Positions 24,321 to 36,530 of a stretch of DNA of 64,000 nucleotides are shown one piece after another; positions within the stretch are counted from its first letter, which is position 1; each line of letters begins with the position of its first letter. The notes below the pieces were generated by a model that did not search any database, had not been told where the DNA came from, and saw nothing but the letters and a program-made list of their open reading frames with translations. The position numbers were made by a program, and so were the translations under genes. Source of the DNA: Scenedesmus sp. PABB004 (taxonomy: Eukaryota); assembly GCA_014905635.1 (NCBI GenBank), contig JABVCE010000024.1:372001-436000 (forward strand). The letters run 5' to 3'.

Positions 24321-24716
24321 GGCTGAGGAGCTCTCACGCGGCGCCCGCGGCCGCGCTGGGCAGCGCTGGGCTGCCCGGCAGCCGCGCAGTACGGGGCAGG
24401 GCGGGCCGGCGCGCCGGGCAACGGGGGGCCACGTCGAGCTGGCCAGGCGGATAAATGACCGAGCCATGCCTCCACGCGCGCGCGGGGAGCCTCCGCAGCG
24501 CGGTGCGCGCCGGGCGCCCCTCCTAAAACGCCGCGCGGCATCGCCCGCCCGCGTCGTCCTGTGCCGGTGGGCCGTCCGGCACCGCACACCACGCCCGCGA
24601 AACGCGCGGCAAATCGCAGGCCGCCAGCCGGCGCCTGCTGCTGTCGCACGAGCGCGAGCCTGCTCACGCTCTCGCCCTCACCGGAGCACCGCACCGCGCT
24701 TGGACGCGCGCCCGGC

Positions 24717-26674
24717 ATGGCCTGCGCCCTGGGGCGCCCCTGCCGTGGCGCGGCGGCGGCCGCCGCGATCGCGCTGCTGCTGCCGCTGCTCGCGCCGCTG
24801 GCGAGCTGGGTTGAGGTGGGCCCGCCGGAGCGCACCAACCTCCAGGTGCGGGCCGGCGCGGCGCCCCACGCAGCAGGCCGGCTGCGCCGCCGCGTCGCCG
24901 CCGCCGCCAACCGCCCAAACCGTCCGGCGCGGCGCTGCTGCCAGACGCCGGCGACGCTGCCGATCGACGCGCCGGGCTACGCGCGCACCACGCTGGAGTG
25001 GCCCTGCCACGGCGACACGTGCGAGGCGTGGCTGTACCTGCCCAAGGGCCTGCCGCCGGGGGAGCGGCCGCCCGTCGTGCTCATGGCGCACGGCATGGGC
25101 GGACAGAAGGTCAGCCGGCGGCGGCGGCGCCCGCCCGCCAAGCGGCGAGCCTGCCTGCACGCGGGCGCCGCGTGCGCGCGCGGCGTCAGCACCCCGCTGC
25201 CGCGCGCCGCACACCGGCCGCCGCCGCCCTGCGCGTGCCTGCTCGCTTGCAGGACTTTGGCCTACACAAGTACGCGTCCAAGTTTGCCGAGGCCGGGCTG
25301 GCGGCGTTTGTTTTCGACTACCGTGGCTGGGGCGGCAGCGGCGGCGCGCCGCGCCACTGGCTCTCCGCAAAGCGCCACATGGCCGGTGCGCGCGCGCGCC
25401 GGGCGCGGCGGGCCGCGCGGGGCAGCGCGCCGCGCCGAGCGCCGCGTCGCGGCGCCGACGCCCGCGCGGCGCCCGCGCGCCCGCAGACTGGCGCGCCGCG
25501 ATCGCGCACGTGCGCGGCAACCTGTCGGCGGCCGTCGACACGGAGCGGCTGTGCCTCTGGGGGACGAGCTTTGCCGGCGGGCACGTGATCGTCGTCGCGA
25601 GCGAGCCGGGCATCGCCGAGCACATCACCTGCGTCGTCGCCCAGGCGCGGCGGCCGACGGGCGCCGCGCACGCCGCGCACGCCCGCGCCCGCGCGCCCGC
25701 GTCCGACGCACGCGTCCGACGCCCGCGTCTGCGGTCCGCGCCGTCCACCCAGCCGCCCACCCCGCCGCGCGCCGCTCCGCCGCAGGTGCCCAACCTCGAC
25801 GCCGTCGCGTCGACCAAGGCGTCGCTCGCGCTGCGGGGCCCCGCCAAGTCGCTCGGCATGCTCGCCACCGGCCTCGCCGACCTCGCGCGCGGCGCGCTGG
25901 GCCTCGCGCCGCTGTACGTCCCCCTCGCGGGCCTCCCCGGGAGCATGGCGTTCATGCAGGCGCGTGGCGCGGGGGTTTTGGGGTTCAGGGGCCCATCAAC
26001 GGGAGCGCAAGGGGTTCAAGGAGGGCTCAAAGGGGTCCAGGGGCGCTCAGCCGTCGTGGGCCTGTGGCTCGCCCGCGCCCGCCGCCGCCGACCGCGCCGC
26101 CGCCGCCGCCACCGCAGATGGGGCCGGGCGAGCTGCAGCGCTATCACGCCGGCCACCCCGCCGTCCCCCAGGTGCGTGCGGGTGTGTGCGCCGTGCGGGC
26201 GCGGCGGTCGGCGCGGGCGGTCGGGCGGCGGCAGTCGGGTGCAGTCGGCCAGCGCCCGCCGGGCGCCTCCTGGCGGCGCTGGCGCCCCGCCGCTCACCTC
26301 CGCGCCGCCGCCCTGCGCGCGCCGCCGCCGGCGGGCTGCAGGGCGGGTGGCGCAACATGGCGCGCGCGGCGTACGCGGCGGAGCACGCGCTCGCGCGCAC
26401 CAGCCCCATCGCGCACGTCGGCGGCGTGGCCGCGCCGCTGCTGCTCGCGGGCGCGACGCACGACAGCCTCTGCCCCATGGCCATCGTGCGGCGCGCCGCG
26501 GCGCTCGCGCCGCGCGCCGAGCTGTACGAGGCGGACTGCGACCACTTCGAGCTCTTCACGCCCCAGCACTTCCCCGGCCTCCAGGCCGCGCAGCTCGCCT
26601 TCATCGCGCGCCACGTCGGCCTCACGCCGCGCGGCGGCGGCGCGCAGGGCGCTGCGGACGTCGCGGCGGTGTGA
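24717..26674 (+). CDS. Alpha/beta-fold serine hydrolase (S9/S15-like) with N-terminal hydrophobic signal/anchor
   Basis: Motifs AWLYLP, PVVLMAHGMGG, FVFDYRGWGGSGGAPR, nucleophile elbow WGTSFAGG, LLLAGATHDSLCP and CDHFELF (Ser-Asp-His triad). Confidence 0.9.
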
Positions 26675-26892
26675 GCCCGCTCGGGGCGGTTTTGCTGGCC
26701 GGCCGCCCCAGCGGTTCGGGCGCCGTGCAACTGCCCAGCCCGGCCCCGACCGCTCGCCCCTGCTAGTTCCCGGCCGCACGCGCTCGCACGCGCCGCAAAC
26801 GCGCGCGGCCGCCGCTCGCGCCGCGTCGTCGCCGCCGCTCGCCGTCACCCCCGCGCGCATCGGCAGCGGCGCCAGCGTGCCTGGCGCGCGCC

Positions 26893-29800
26893 ATGGCAGG
26901 CGACGAGCGTGCAGCCGCGGAGCTGGCGAACGTGCAGCTCTTCCGGCAGCAGCACGCGAGCGACGGTGGCCTCGAGCTCGGCGCCGGGGCGCCGGGCGCG
27001 GCCAACACGGACGGCCTGGGCCTCTCTGCGGACCCCCGCGCCATGGGGCACGGCCTCCGCGCCTCCGACGCGCCGCCGCCGGGCGCCGCCGAGCGCGCGC
27101 CGCCGGGCGGACTGCAGCGCGTCGCGCCGCCCGCGCGGCAGCGGCCGTGGTACGCGTCCGCGTGGAGCTGGTTCCTGGCCGTCGTGTGGGGCCGCCCGCC
27201 CGACCTGCTCGGCCTGGGGCCCCCCTGGATCAAGCAGCCAGGTGCGCGCGCGACGGCCGGCCCCGCCGACGCAGCCCGCTCCGCACGCGTGCAGCGCTGC
27301 GCGCCCGCTCCCTTACACTGACGGCCTCCGCCGTGACTGCCCGCCGCCGCCGCCGTGGCCTGCGCGGCGCGCCAGACTTCGAGCGCCTCAACAACGTCAA
27401 CGCGGTGCTGCAGGGCCTCTGGCCCAGCGTGTCGGCCGCGGTCGCGAGCGAGCTCGAGGCGGCCGCGTCGCCGCGGCGCTCGCCGCGGCCGGGCGCGCCT
27501 ACGGCGGCGGCGTGGTCACGGGGCTGCGCCTGGTGGACCTGGACCTCGGTCCGGTGCGCCGCCGCCGCCCGCGCTCCGCCCGCGCGCCGCCCGCGCGCCG
27601 CCCGCGCTCCGCCCGCGCGCCGCCCGCGCGCCGCCCGCGCGCCGCCCGCGCGCCGCCCGCGCGCCGCCCGCGCGCCGCCCGCGCGCCGCCTGCGCGCGTG
27701 ACGCTGGGCGAGGCCTCGGCATCAGTCGGCCGCGCCCACGCGCGCCCGCCGCACGCGCGCGCGTGGCCGCGCTGCCCTGCCGCAGGTCCCGCCGCGCCTG
27801 GACGGGCTGAAGGTCTACGCTGACCGCGGGGGCCTGCCGGGGGAGGCGATCACGCTCGAGGCCGCCCTGGCCTGGGGCAGCGAGGCGCAGGTGGGCGCCC
27901 GCACGCGCGCGCGCGCGGCGCTCGCAGCGGGTCGCAGGAGGGGAGCTGCCGCCGCCGCCGCCGCTGGCGCGTCGACGCGCGCGGGCCGCCCGGCACGCGC
28001 GCGCCGCGCAGGTGACGGTCGCGGTGACGCTGACGCTGCTCGGGCGCACGCTGGAGCTGCCGCTGCGCGCGCGCGCGCCGCAGCTGCAGGCGCTCGCGCG
28101 GCTGTCGGTGCGGCCGCTGCTCCCGCACTGGCCCTTTGCGGGCTCGGTCTCGGCCTGCCTGCTGGAGCCGCCCCACTTTGACATCGAGCTGCCCCTCGCC
28201 GTGCCGCCCGGCGGGCTCGCGGAGCGGCTCGGCCTGTCGGGGCTCGACCTGCTCTGCCTTCCCGGGGCGCGCGGCGCGCTGCGCCTCGGCACGCGCCTCG
28301 CCGCGCGCGCGCTCGCCGTGTTTCCCAGGCGAGTGCGCGGCGGCGGGCGGCGGGCGCGCGTGCGTCGCGGGCCGCCCGGGAGCTGCCACCGCGCCCGCTG
28401 AGCGGCCGCTTAGCGGCGGGCCCCGCGCCGCGCAGGGGCATCAACGTCCCGCTTGTCCCTGGTGGCGGGTCGGCGGCGCCGTGCGGCATGCTGCAGGTCC
28501 GCCTCGTGCGCCTGTCGGGGCTGCGCAGCGAGGACCTGATCGGGCACAGCGACCCCTACGTGGTGCTGCGGGTGCGTGCGCGGCGCCGCGGCGGCGACCC
28601 GCCGCCGCGACTGCCGGCAGCGCGGCTCGCTTGCAGCTGCCAGCCAGCGTGCGCGGCCGCCGACGCTGATCGCTGCGCCCGCCCGCCCGCCCGCCGCCTC
28701 GCGGCGCCAGGTGCGCGAGGGCCGCACGCTGCGCAGCCGCACGGTGCAGAACAACAACCAGCCCGAGTACGACGAGACGTTCCGCATGCTGGTTGACGAC
28801 GTGGAGACCCAGGTGGGGCCCCATGCCACCGGGCTGGGGCTGGTGCCGCTGCTGGCAAGCGCCGCCAAGCGCGCGCCGTCGACCGCCGCGCCGCGCCGCA
28901 CGACGCCGCGACAACGACGCTTAAACCGCGGCTGCGCCCGATGCCTGCCTGGTCGCCTGGCCCAGGTGCTGCAGGTCATCGTGATGGACGAGGACCTCTT
29001 CTCCTTCACGAGCAAGGTGGGGCAGGGCTCAGGGCTCAGGGTACATCAGGGCTCAGGGCTCAGGGCTCGGGGCTCAGGGCTCAGGGCTCAGGGCTCAGGG
29101 CTCAGGGCTCAGGGCTCAGGGCTCAGGGCTCAGGGCTCAGGGCTCAGGGCTCAGGGCTCAGGGCTCAGGGCTCTGACCCCCCTCCCCTGCCAGCGGCTGA
29201 GCAGTTTGCCGAGCGCGCGCCGTCGCCGCCGCCGCCGCGCTCGCAGGTCATCGGCGTCGCGCAGATGCCGCTCAAGACGTCTGCCGCGGTCGCCATGCCG
29301 CGCACGCCCGTCCCGCTCGCCCTCAGCCTGCACAAGCTCATGGCCCCGACGCAGGGCGGCGTCGGCAGCGTACTCGAGCTGCCCGTGCGCGTTGCGGGCC
29401 TGCCCATCACCGCCGGTGAGCCGCCCGCCCGCGGCGGGGCGGGCGGCGCGCGGGGGCCGCCGTCGCCCGCGCGCGCGCGCGCGCCTCCCGCACGCGGCGC
29501 GGGGGCTCGGCGGGCTGACGCGCCGCCTCGCGCGCGCACCGCCGCTGCCGCAGCCGCGGCCGGCGGGCGCTGGCTGTACCAGAACCTGGCGGGCGCACTC
29601 GGCGACGGGCCGCGCGGCCCCGGCGACGAGGTCGGCGCCGGCGGCGGCCGCTACGAGCGGGTGCGCGCGGCGCGCCGGCGCGAGGGGGGGCCACTGCAGA
29701 GGTAGCACCGCTGGCGTCAACACGCGCCGCAGCGGTGACGCAGCAGTCACGCCCCGCCACCCCGCTGGGCGGCCGCGCCCACCGCAGGTGCTGGACGCCA

Positions 29801-31705
29801 CGGGCTGGCTGGGGCCCAGCGAGGAGTACCTGGCAGAGGGCGGCGAGGCGCCAGGCGCGGGCACCGGCGACGACGAGGCACCGCCCGCGCGCCCGGCGCC
29901 CTCGCCCGCGGGGCCCGAGCCCACGGCGCCCGCGCCCGAGCGCCGCGCGTCGCCCCTGCCGGCGGCGCCCGCGCCGGTGGTGCTCGTGACGCCGCCGTCG
30001 CCCTTTGCCGGCGGCGCAGCCATCGCCGCCGCGCCCGCCGCGCGGCCGCGGCGGCCGAGCAACGGCGGCGCGGCGACGGCCGCGTGGTTTGCCGACGACG
30101 AGGACGACGGCGCCGGCGCCGGCGCCGCGCCCCGGCCCGGCCTGCCGCGCCTGGCCAGCCGCAGCGCCCCGCTCGGCGGCTTCCCGGCGGGCGCGGGCGA
30201 GCCGCCGCCGCGCGGCGATGCGCCGCGCCCGGCCGCGCCGGCAGCGCGGCAGGGCGCGGCCGCGCCGCAGGGCGCGGAGCAGGAGGGCGGCGGCGGCGGC
30301 GGCGAGGGGGCGGCGGGCGTCAAGGCCGCGCAGGCGGGCGCGCCCGCGGGCGCCGAGGGCGGCGGCTCAAAGTTTCTGGAGGGCGACCAGGTGGGCGCTG
30401 GGGCCGTGGGCGGCCGTGCGACGGCCCGTGCGCCCGCGGCCAGAGTGGCGGGCGCCGAGGTCGCGCGGCCCCGGCCCCCGCCTGCCCCTGCCGCCGACCA
30501 GGTCAAGCCGGTCTATCGGGGCACCGCCTTCCTGGAGGTGACGTACACGCCCTTCCGGCAGCCCGACGTGCCCGCCACGGGCGCGGGCGCGAGCCCCGCC
30601 GCGCCGGCGCAGGCGGCCGCGACCGCCGCGGGCCAGCGGGGCCCGGTGCGGCCGGACGACAAGGGCATCCTGGCCGTCACGCTCGTGCGCGCAAAGGGGC
30701 TGACCGGCTGGCAGGGCCAGGCGGGTGCGCACGGCCGCCCGGTGCCGCCGCGCGGCGCTGGTGCCCCGCCTGTGCCGCGCGCCGCCTGGACGGCTGCCAG
30801 CGCGAGCTCCCCAGCCCTCGCCCAGGCGCCGCGCCGCCTGCGCCACCGCGCCGCGCCCGCAGACCCCTTCTGCACCCTCACGCTGCTCGACCCCGTCGGC
30901 AGCCCCAGCGGCGGCGGCGGCAGCGGCGGCGCGCAGCAGCAGCGCGGCGGCGCGGTGACGGCGCGGGAGGAGCAGCGCAGCAGCACAATCTACAACGAGG
31001 ACAGCCCGCGGTGCGCGCTGCGGGCAGCGCGCCCTCGCCTCGACTCATCCTGCTCGCGCGCGCGCGCGCCGCGCTCGCGCCGCCGCCTGCCGCGCAGCAG
31101 CACACCGCGCCCCGCCCCCGCCCGCCTGCTGTCCAGGTGGGGCGAGAAGTTTGACTTCATAATGGTCCCCGCCGCGAGCGTGCTGCTGGTCACGGTACGG
31201 CGCAGGCTGCACAGACGATGTCTGTGCAGCGGCGGCCGCCGCCGCCGCGCCCGCCCGGCGCGGCCTGCGCCGCCGCCGCGGGCGGCGCGGACACGGCGCG
31301 CCGCCCCGCCCCCCGCGCCCCGCGCCACGCGCACGTGCGCGCCAGGTGTGGGACCGCACGAGCGTGCTGGAGGGCGTCGCGAGCCTCAGCGTCAGCCGGG
31401 TGCGCGCGGGGCCAGTGGCGGCACGCGTGGCCGCAGCCGGTCGGCCGGCCGCGGCCGGCCGCGCGTGCCCCGCCCGCTGAGCGCGCCGCCCGGCGCCCAG
31501 CGCGCGCGAGTTGAGGGGCGACGGGCCGCCTGCCCGCCGCCGCTTGCAGGAGCGCTTCCGCAACCACGTGCTCGGACGCGTCAAGGTGCCGGTGCTGGAC
31601 GTCGCCTCGGCGGGCCGCATCGCGGCGTCGTGGCCGCTGCAGGGCGCGCTGCTGGGCGAGCTGGAGCTGGTCCTGCAGTGGCTGCCCGCGGCGCTCGTGG
31701 CGTGA
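26893..31705 (+). CDS. Synaptotagmin-like / extended-synaptotagmin protein (SMP + two C2 domains); one apparent frameshift near 27460
   Basis: SMP segments PPWIKQPDFERLNNVNAVLQGLWP, LVDLDLGP and LLPHWPFAGSVSACLLEPP. First C2: GMLQVRLVRLSGLRSEDLIGHSDPYVVL...RSRTVQNNNQPEYDETF. Second C2: GILAVTLVRAKGL...DPFCTL...RWGEKFDF...GELELVLQW. Confidence 0.85.
27566..27698. repeat. GC-only minisatellite (CCGCCCGCGCG-type units) in a synaptotagmin intron
   Basis: Tandem ccgcccgcgc(g/t) units, with about four higher-order ~33-nt copies. Confidence 0.8.
29023..29173. repeat. (CAGGGCT)n heptamer array, telomere-like, intronic
   Basis: About 21 tandem copies of CTCAGGG starting a few nt after a GT donor at ~29017. 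Confidence 0.92.
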
Positions 31706-32575
31706 GCAAGCGGCGCGCGCGCGGTCGCGGACCGGCCGCGACGAGGGCGCGGCGGGCCGGCTGCGCAGAGAACAAAAGGGAGGCTGGCGACGGGGGCGGC
31801 GGGCGGCAAGTTGACGCGTTGACGCGCGGTGCCGGCCTCGAGGCCGGTCGAGCGGTGCGGCGGGTAATTCAGGGAATTGCAATCGCCGGCTCGCCGCGCT
31901 GCCAGCAGCTGGAGCTCGGTGCCGCCCGCCCGCCGCGCGCACCAACCAACCTGGCGCGGCCGCCCGCCCCTCACATCACGCATCCATCATACATCATGCA
32001 GAACGGAGAGGCGCGGGAGCAGTCGAGCGAGAAAGGGATGATGGGGGTTCGAAGAATGCAGTGCGGTCAATCGATCGGCCGTTCGCCCAAGCTTTGGAGG
32101 CCCCGTGCATGCACTGGCGCCCGCGGCGCGCCGCATCGCGGTGCCCGGCGGCGGATTAATCTGCTGCCGCGGCGCCGAGCTTGGCGCTCCGAGCGCCGCG
32201 GCACCATCCACGAGTCTTCCACCCTATTGGCCACCAAACGGGTCGCGGCGCGTGCTCGGATTAGCAGGGCAGCGCGATCACGCACACAGTGCTCGCAGGA
32301 CAAGGGTAGCAAGTGCAGCTCCCAGCCAGTGTGCTCGGACCGACATGCAACCAGGCGCGCGCTTCCGCCCAAGCGGCACGGCCGGCCTCGCCCTTGGGCA
32401 GACCGAGCGTTTCACCCACAGCTTCTGCCGTGCTGAGCAAACAATCTGCAAGCGTGCAGACGCGGCGCCGACGGCCCATTGGGGCCAGTCGCCGCCGTCC
32501 TCGCCCCCTGCCACCCCCTCCGTCCATTTATTTCAGCCCCGCCTGCGCGCGCCGGGCGCCGCCGACTGCGCCGCG

Positions 32576-35500
32576 TCAGCGGTGTCTGAGCTCCGTCGTC
32601 TGCTCCGACGCCCGCAGGATGACCGTCGCCGCGGCCAGGCGCCCCGACTGGACGTCGCTCAGCATCTCATCGACGTCTGACATGCCCAGCAACTCGTCGT
32701 CCTCGCCGTCACCGCCGTCGTCCTCCTCCTCGGACGCCGCGCCACCCGAGCCGGCGCCCGCGCCGCGCCCGCGCTGCGCCAGCCCGCCCGCGCTGCCGAG
32801 CACCTGCACCGCCGACGCGCGGCGCGCGGCGGCGCGCAGGCTGCTGTGCCGCCCCCCGGCCTGCTCGGGCGCGCCGGCGCTGCCGCCGCTTGTGCCCGCG
32901 GCGTCGCTGCCGCTCGGCCCCGGGGGCGAGCCCCCCGAGGCCGCGCCGGCGGCGCTGCTGGGCACGCGCGTGAGGCTGCCGCGCGTGCGGCTCTTGGGCC
33001 GCCAGCCGCGCGCCTTGGCGAGCGCCTGCGCCAGGGCCATCGCGTTGGGGAGCAGCGGATACGACATGACCTGCACGCGCGCGAGCTGCGGCACACACAC
33101 GCACGCGCGCGCGGCGGGTGAGAGGTGGGCGGGGCGGCGCTCTGCGCTCGGCGCGGGCGGGCGGCGCGCCGAGGGGGGCCGGCGGGCGCGGCGGCGCGGA
33201 CCTGCACCGGCTCCAGTATGATGTCGTAGAGGCTCGAGTGCAGCGTGATGGACGCTTGCACCTCCCGCTGCACCGACGCCTGCACCGCTGCCATCACCTC
33301 CATGAGGCGCGTCGCCGCCGTCTCGGGGAGGTGCTCCGCGGAGAGCAGGTCGCCGAGCCGCGCGCGCGCGGCAGGGCCGCCCGCCGCGAGCAGGCGGCGC
33401 AGCTGCGCCGCCGCGGCGGGCGACGGCGCGCCGACGGCGCCGCCGCCGGCGCCGGCGCCGGGCGCGTCGGCGCCGGCCGCGTCGCCAGGCGCGAGCCGGC
33501 GCAGCGCGGCCTCCACGGCCGCGTCGCCGCCGCCGCCGCCGCCGCCGCCGCGGCCGGCCTCCTGCTTGGCCAGCAGCATCGCCGCGAGCAGCGCCTTGCG
33601 CTGGCGGCTGATGGCGAGCATGTCGCGCGCGGTGAGCTCGAAAATTACCATGAAGCGGTCGAACTGGGCGGCGGGCGGGCAGCGGGCGGGCGGGCGGGCG
33701 TCAGCGTGGCGGGCCAGCGTGGCGGGCGTCAGCGAGGCGGGGGCGTCAGCGTGTGTTTGCGTGCGCGCGTGCGCCCGCTCCCCGGCCGCCCGCACCTGCT
33801 CGGGCGTGAGCTGCAGCGCCTCCGCGATGGGCCGCCAGTGGTCGTCGAGCGCGTGCGGGTTGACGTCCGCCCACGTCTCCAGGTCGGTCGAGCCGAGGCT
33901 GATCGTGACAGAGGGGGAGAGCACCACGAGGGAGAGCAGCGAAAAGCTCTCGCCCTCCACGAGCGCCTCCACCGCGAACGCCGCGGCCGCCGCGGCGCTG
34001 GGCGTGGCCGCGGCCTCGAGCGCGCGCAGCGCGCACGCCAGCCGCCACACGCTGTGCTTGTAGTAGGGCGCCACCTCCTCCGCGGTCATGCGCCGCACCT
34101 GCTCCACGGTCACGGGCGGCAGGCGGGCCGCAAACGGCGCGAGCTGCGCGACGAGCCGATCCAGCGCCGCTGCGCCGAGGCCGCACCGCGGCGCAGCGGC
34201 GGCGGCGGCGGCGGCGGCGCCGGCACCGCGCCGCGCGGGGCGCGCGGCCGCCGCCGCGGCGCCGCCGTCGGCGCCGCCGAAGTCAGAGTCGAGCCGCAGC
34301 CCCTGGCTGCAGCGGCCGCACATCAGGACGCAGCCGGCGCCCGCGCCATGCCCGCCGGCCGCTGCGGCCGGCTGCGGCCCGCCATGTGGGCCGGCCGGCT
34401 GCCCGAAGCCGCTGCCGGCGCCGAGCGAGGGCGAGCTGCCGCCGTCGCCAGCGCCGCCGCCCTGCTCGCCGCCGAACGCCGTGCTGCCGCTGGCGGCGCT
34501 GGCGTCCCCGCCGCTGCTGCCGCCGGCGTTCCTGCCGGGCGCCGACACGCTGCGATCCTGCCGTGGCGGCGCGCTGAACGCGCGCAGCACGCGGAGGTGC
34601 CGGTCGCGTGCCGCGAGCACCAGCTCCAGCGCCTGGACGCGAGCGGGCGGGCGGGCAGGCGCGCGGCAGAGCGCCAGCGTCAGCGTCAGCAACTAACAGC
34701 GGCTGCGCGGCCGCGCGGCGTCCGCAGCGCGGCGCTGCCGCCGCGCGCCGCCCGCGTGCGCACCTGCGACCTGACGCGGAGGGAGTCATTCTCCACTGAC
34801 AGCAGCTCCATCTCGCGCAGCTTACGCGTGAGATCGAGCTCCAGCTGGAGCATGTTGGCCCTCGCGCGCAGCCGGCTGCGCTTGAACCTGGACATCGGCT
34901 CCGCCATCGCGGCGTCCACCTCGGCCACCGCCGCTGCCGCCGCCTGCAGCGCGACCTCGCTCGCCGGCTCCACGCCGCCCTCTGCCGGGGCGGGGCGCGC
35001 GCTGGAGGCGCCGCTGCCCCCACGCCTGATGTGAGCGGGCGGCCCCGCAGACGCGGCGCTGCTGCCCCGCTGCGCTAGGTTGCCGCTGTCGGTCGCAACT
35101 GCAGCGGCGGCCGCAGCGGCCGCTGCCAGGGCCTGCTGCGCCTGCTCCTGCGCCTGCTGCTGCGCCTGCTGCTGCGCCTGCTGCTGCGCCAGCTGCTGCG
35201 CCAGCTGCTGCGCCTGCTGCTGCGCGCGTTGCTGCTGGCTCAGCAGCTGCTGCTGCGCCTGCTGCACCCGCTTCTGCTGTTGCTCTTGCTGCTGCTGATG
35301 CTGCTGAAGCAGTTGCTGGTGCTGCTGTTGCCGGAGCAGCTCCCGCGCCTGCCCCAGCGCCAGCTCCTGTCGCAGCGCCTGCGCGCTGAGCGCCGGCTGC
35401 TGCAAGGGGGCCGCGGGCAGCTCCTGGTGCTGCTGCAACGCGCCGCCGCCGGGCGGGCCTGCATGCTGCTCGAGCAGCTGCTGCAGCAGCAGCGCCTGCA

Positions 35501-36068
35501 GGTGCTCGATCTCCTGCTGCTGCATCTGCCACTGCGCCTCGAGCCGCTGCTGCTGCTCAGCATGCTCGGCCAGCTGCCGGTGCTGCTGCGCGAGCGGCGG
35601 GGCCTGCTGGTGGTGAGCGGCCGCCGCCAGCTGCTGCGCGAGCGGCGGGGCCTGCTGGTGGTGAGCGGCCGCCGCCAGCTGCTGCGCGAGCGGCAGGGCC
35701 TGCGGGTGGTGCGCGGCCGCCAGCTGCTGCGCGAGTGGCGGGGCGTGCGGGTGGTGCGCGGCCTGCTGCTGCTGTGGCTGCTGCTGCGGCTGCTGCTGCG
35801 GCTGCGCCCGCAGCGCCTGGAGCCGGCGCAGCAGACAGTCCTGCTCCGCCGTCAGCGCGCCGCCGGGCGCGGGCGGGGCCGCCGCACACCACGCCGCCGG
35901 CTGCGCCTCGTGCTGTTGCTGCTGCTGCTGCTCGCCCAGCAGCGCTGCCAGGGCGCCGTAGTCCGGTCCGGCGCCAGGCGCGGCGGCCAGGTCCACGTCC
36001 AGCGTCTCGAAGAACTCATCGAAGAAGCCCAAGCCCTCGTCGTCCAGCAGCGCCGCCACAGGATCCAT
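32576..36068 (-). CDS. Q-rich bZIP-like transcription factor with a C-terminal helical domain (chlorophyte type)
   Basis: Acidic N-terminus MDPVAALLDDEGLGFFDEFF and polyQ tracts. Basic region plus heptads SRFKRSRLRARANMLQLELDLTRKLREMELLSVENDSLRVRSQ|ALELVL. C-terminal HWRPIAEALQLTPEQ...LEPVQLARVQVMSYPLLPN. Confidence 0.62.
35583..35760 (-). repeat. Coding tandem repeat (~48 nt, 3-4 copies) encoding LAQQLAAAAHHQQAPP
   Basis: Visible in the ORF translation and in the DNA. Confidence 0.85.
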
Positions 36069-36530
36069 GCGCCGCTCGGCGGTCGGCGTGTGCTGCGCGG
36101 GCCGCTGCACGTTCGCCCGCGGCTGGAGCGTGTCTCGGGAGGCTGCGTGACGGCGACCGGCGCGAGTCCGGCGCAACCGATGCCGCCGCCGCTGCTCGCG
36201 CGCCGCTGCCGCACGCCCGACTCCTCCCCCACCGCACCCCCACGCGCGGAGCAGGTGTCGTGGGCGGCCCGGGAGTGCGCGTGGGCGCCCAGCGCTCGGG
36301 GGAGCCGCCGCCGCCGGACGCCGGTCGCGTGCGGCCGAGCGCGCTGCCGCTGAAGCCCGGCGCTTCCGGCGCCGCATCGCTCGGCGCCACACGCAGTGGT
36401 CGGTGCCTCTGGGGCCTTGCGCGCACACGCCGCAAACGTCAGCTGGGCACGCGGCGTCCGCAAAGCGGCCGTGCGCCGGTTTCAGCGGCCGGCGGCGGCA
36501 GTCCCGCGCCTCACGCGTGCGGGCTCGGCC

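Noticed and set aside
29023..29173. Regular repeat as a CRISPR array or a coding (GSGLRAQ)n repeat
   Set aside because: No spacers and no cas genes, in a eukaryotic context. It lies between a GT donor and an AG acceptor inside a C2 domain, so it is intronic.
31720..32560. More AT-rich stretch as a separate gene or ncRNA
   Set aside because: No coding motifs or recognisable RNA structure. It fits convergent 3'UTRs of the synaptotagmin and bZIP-like genes.
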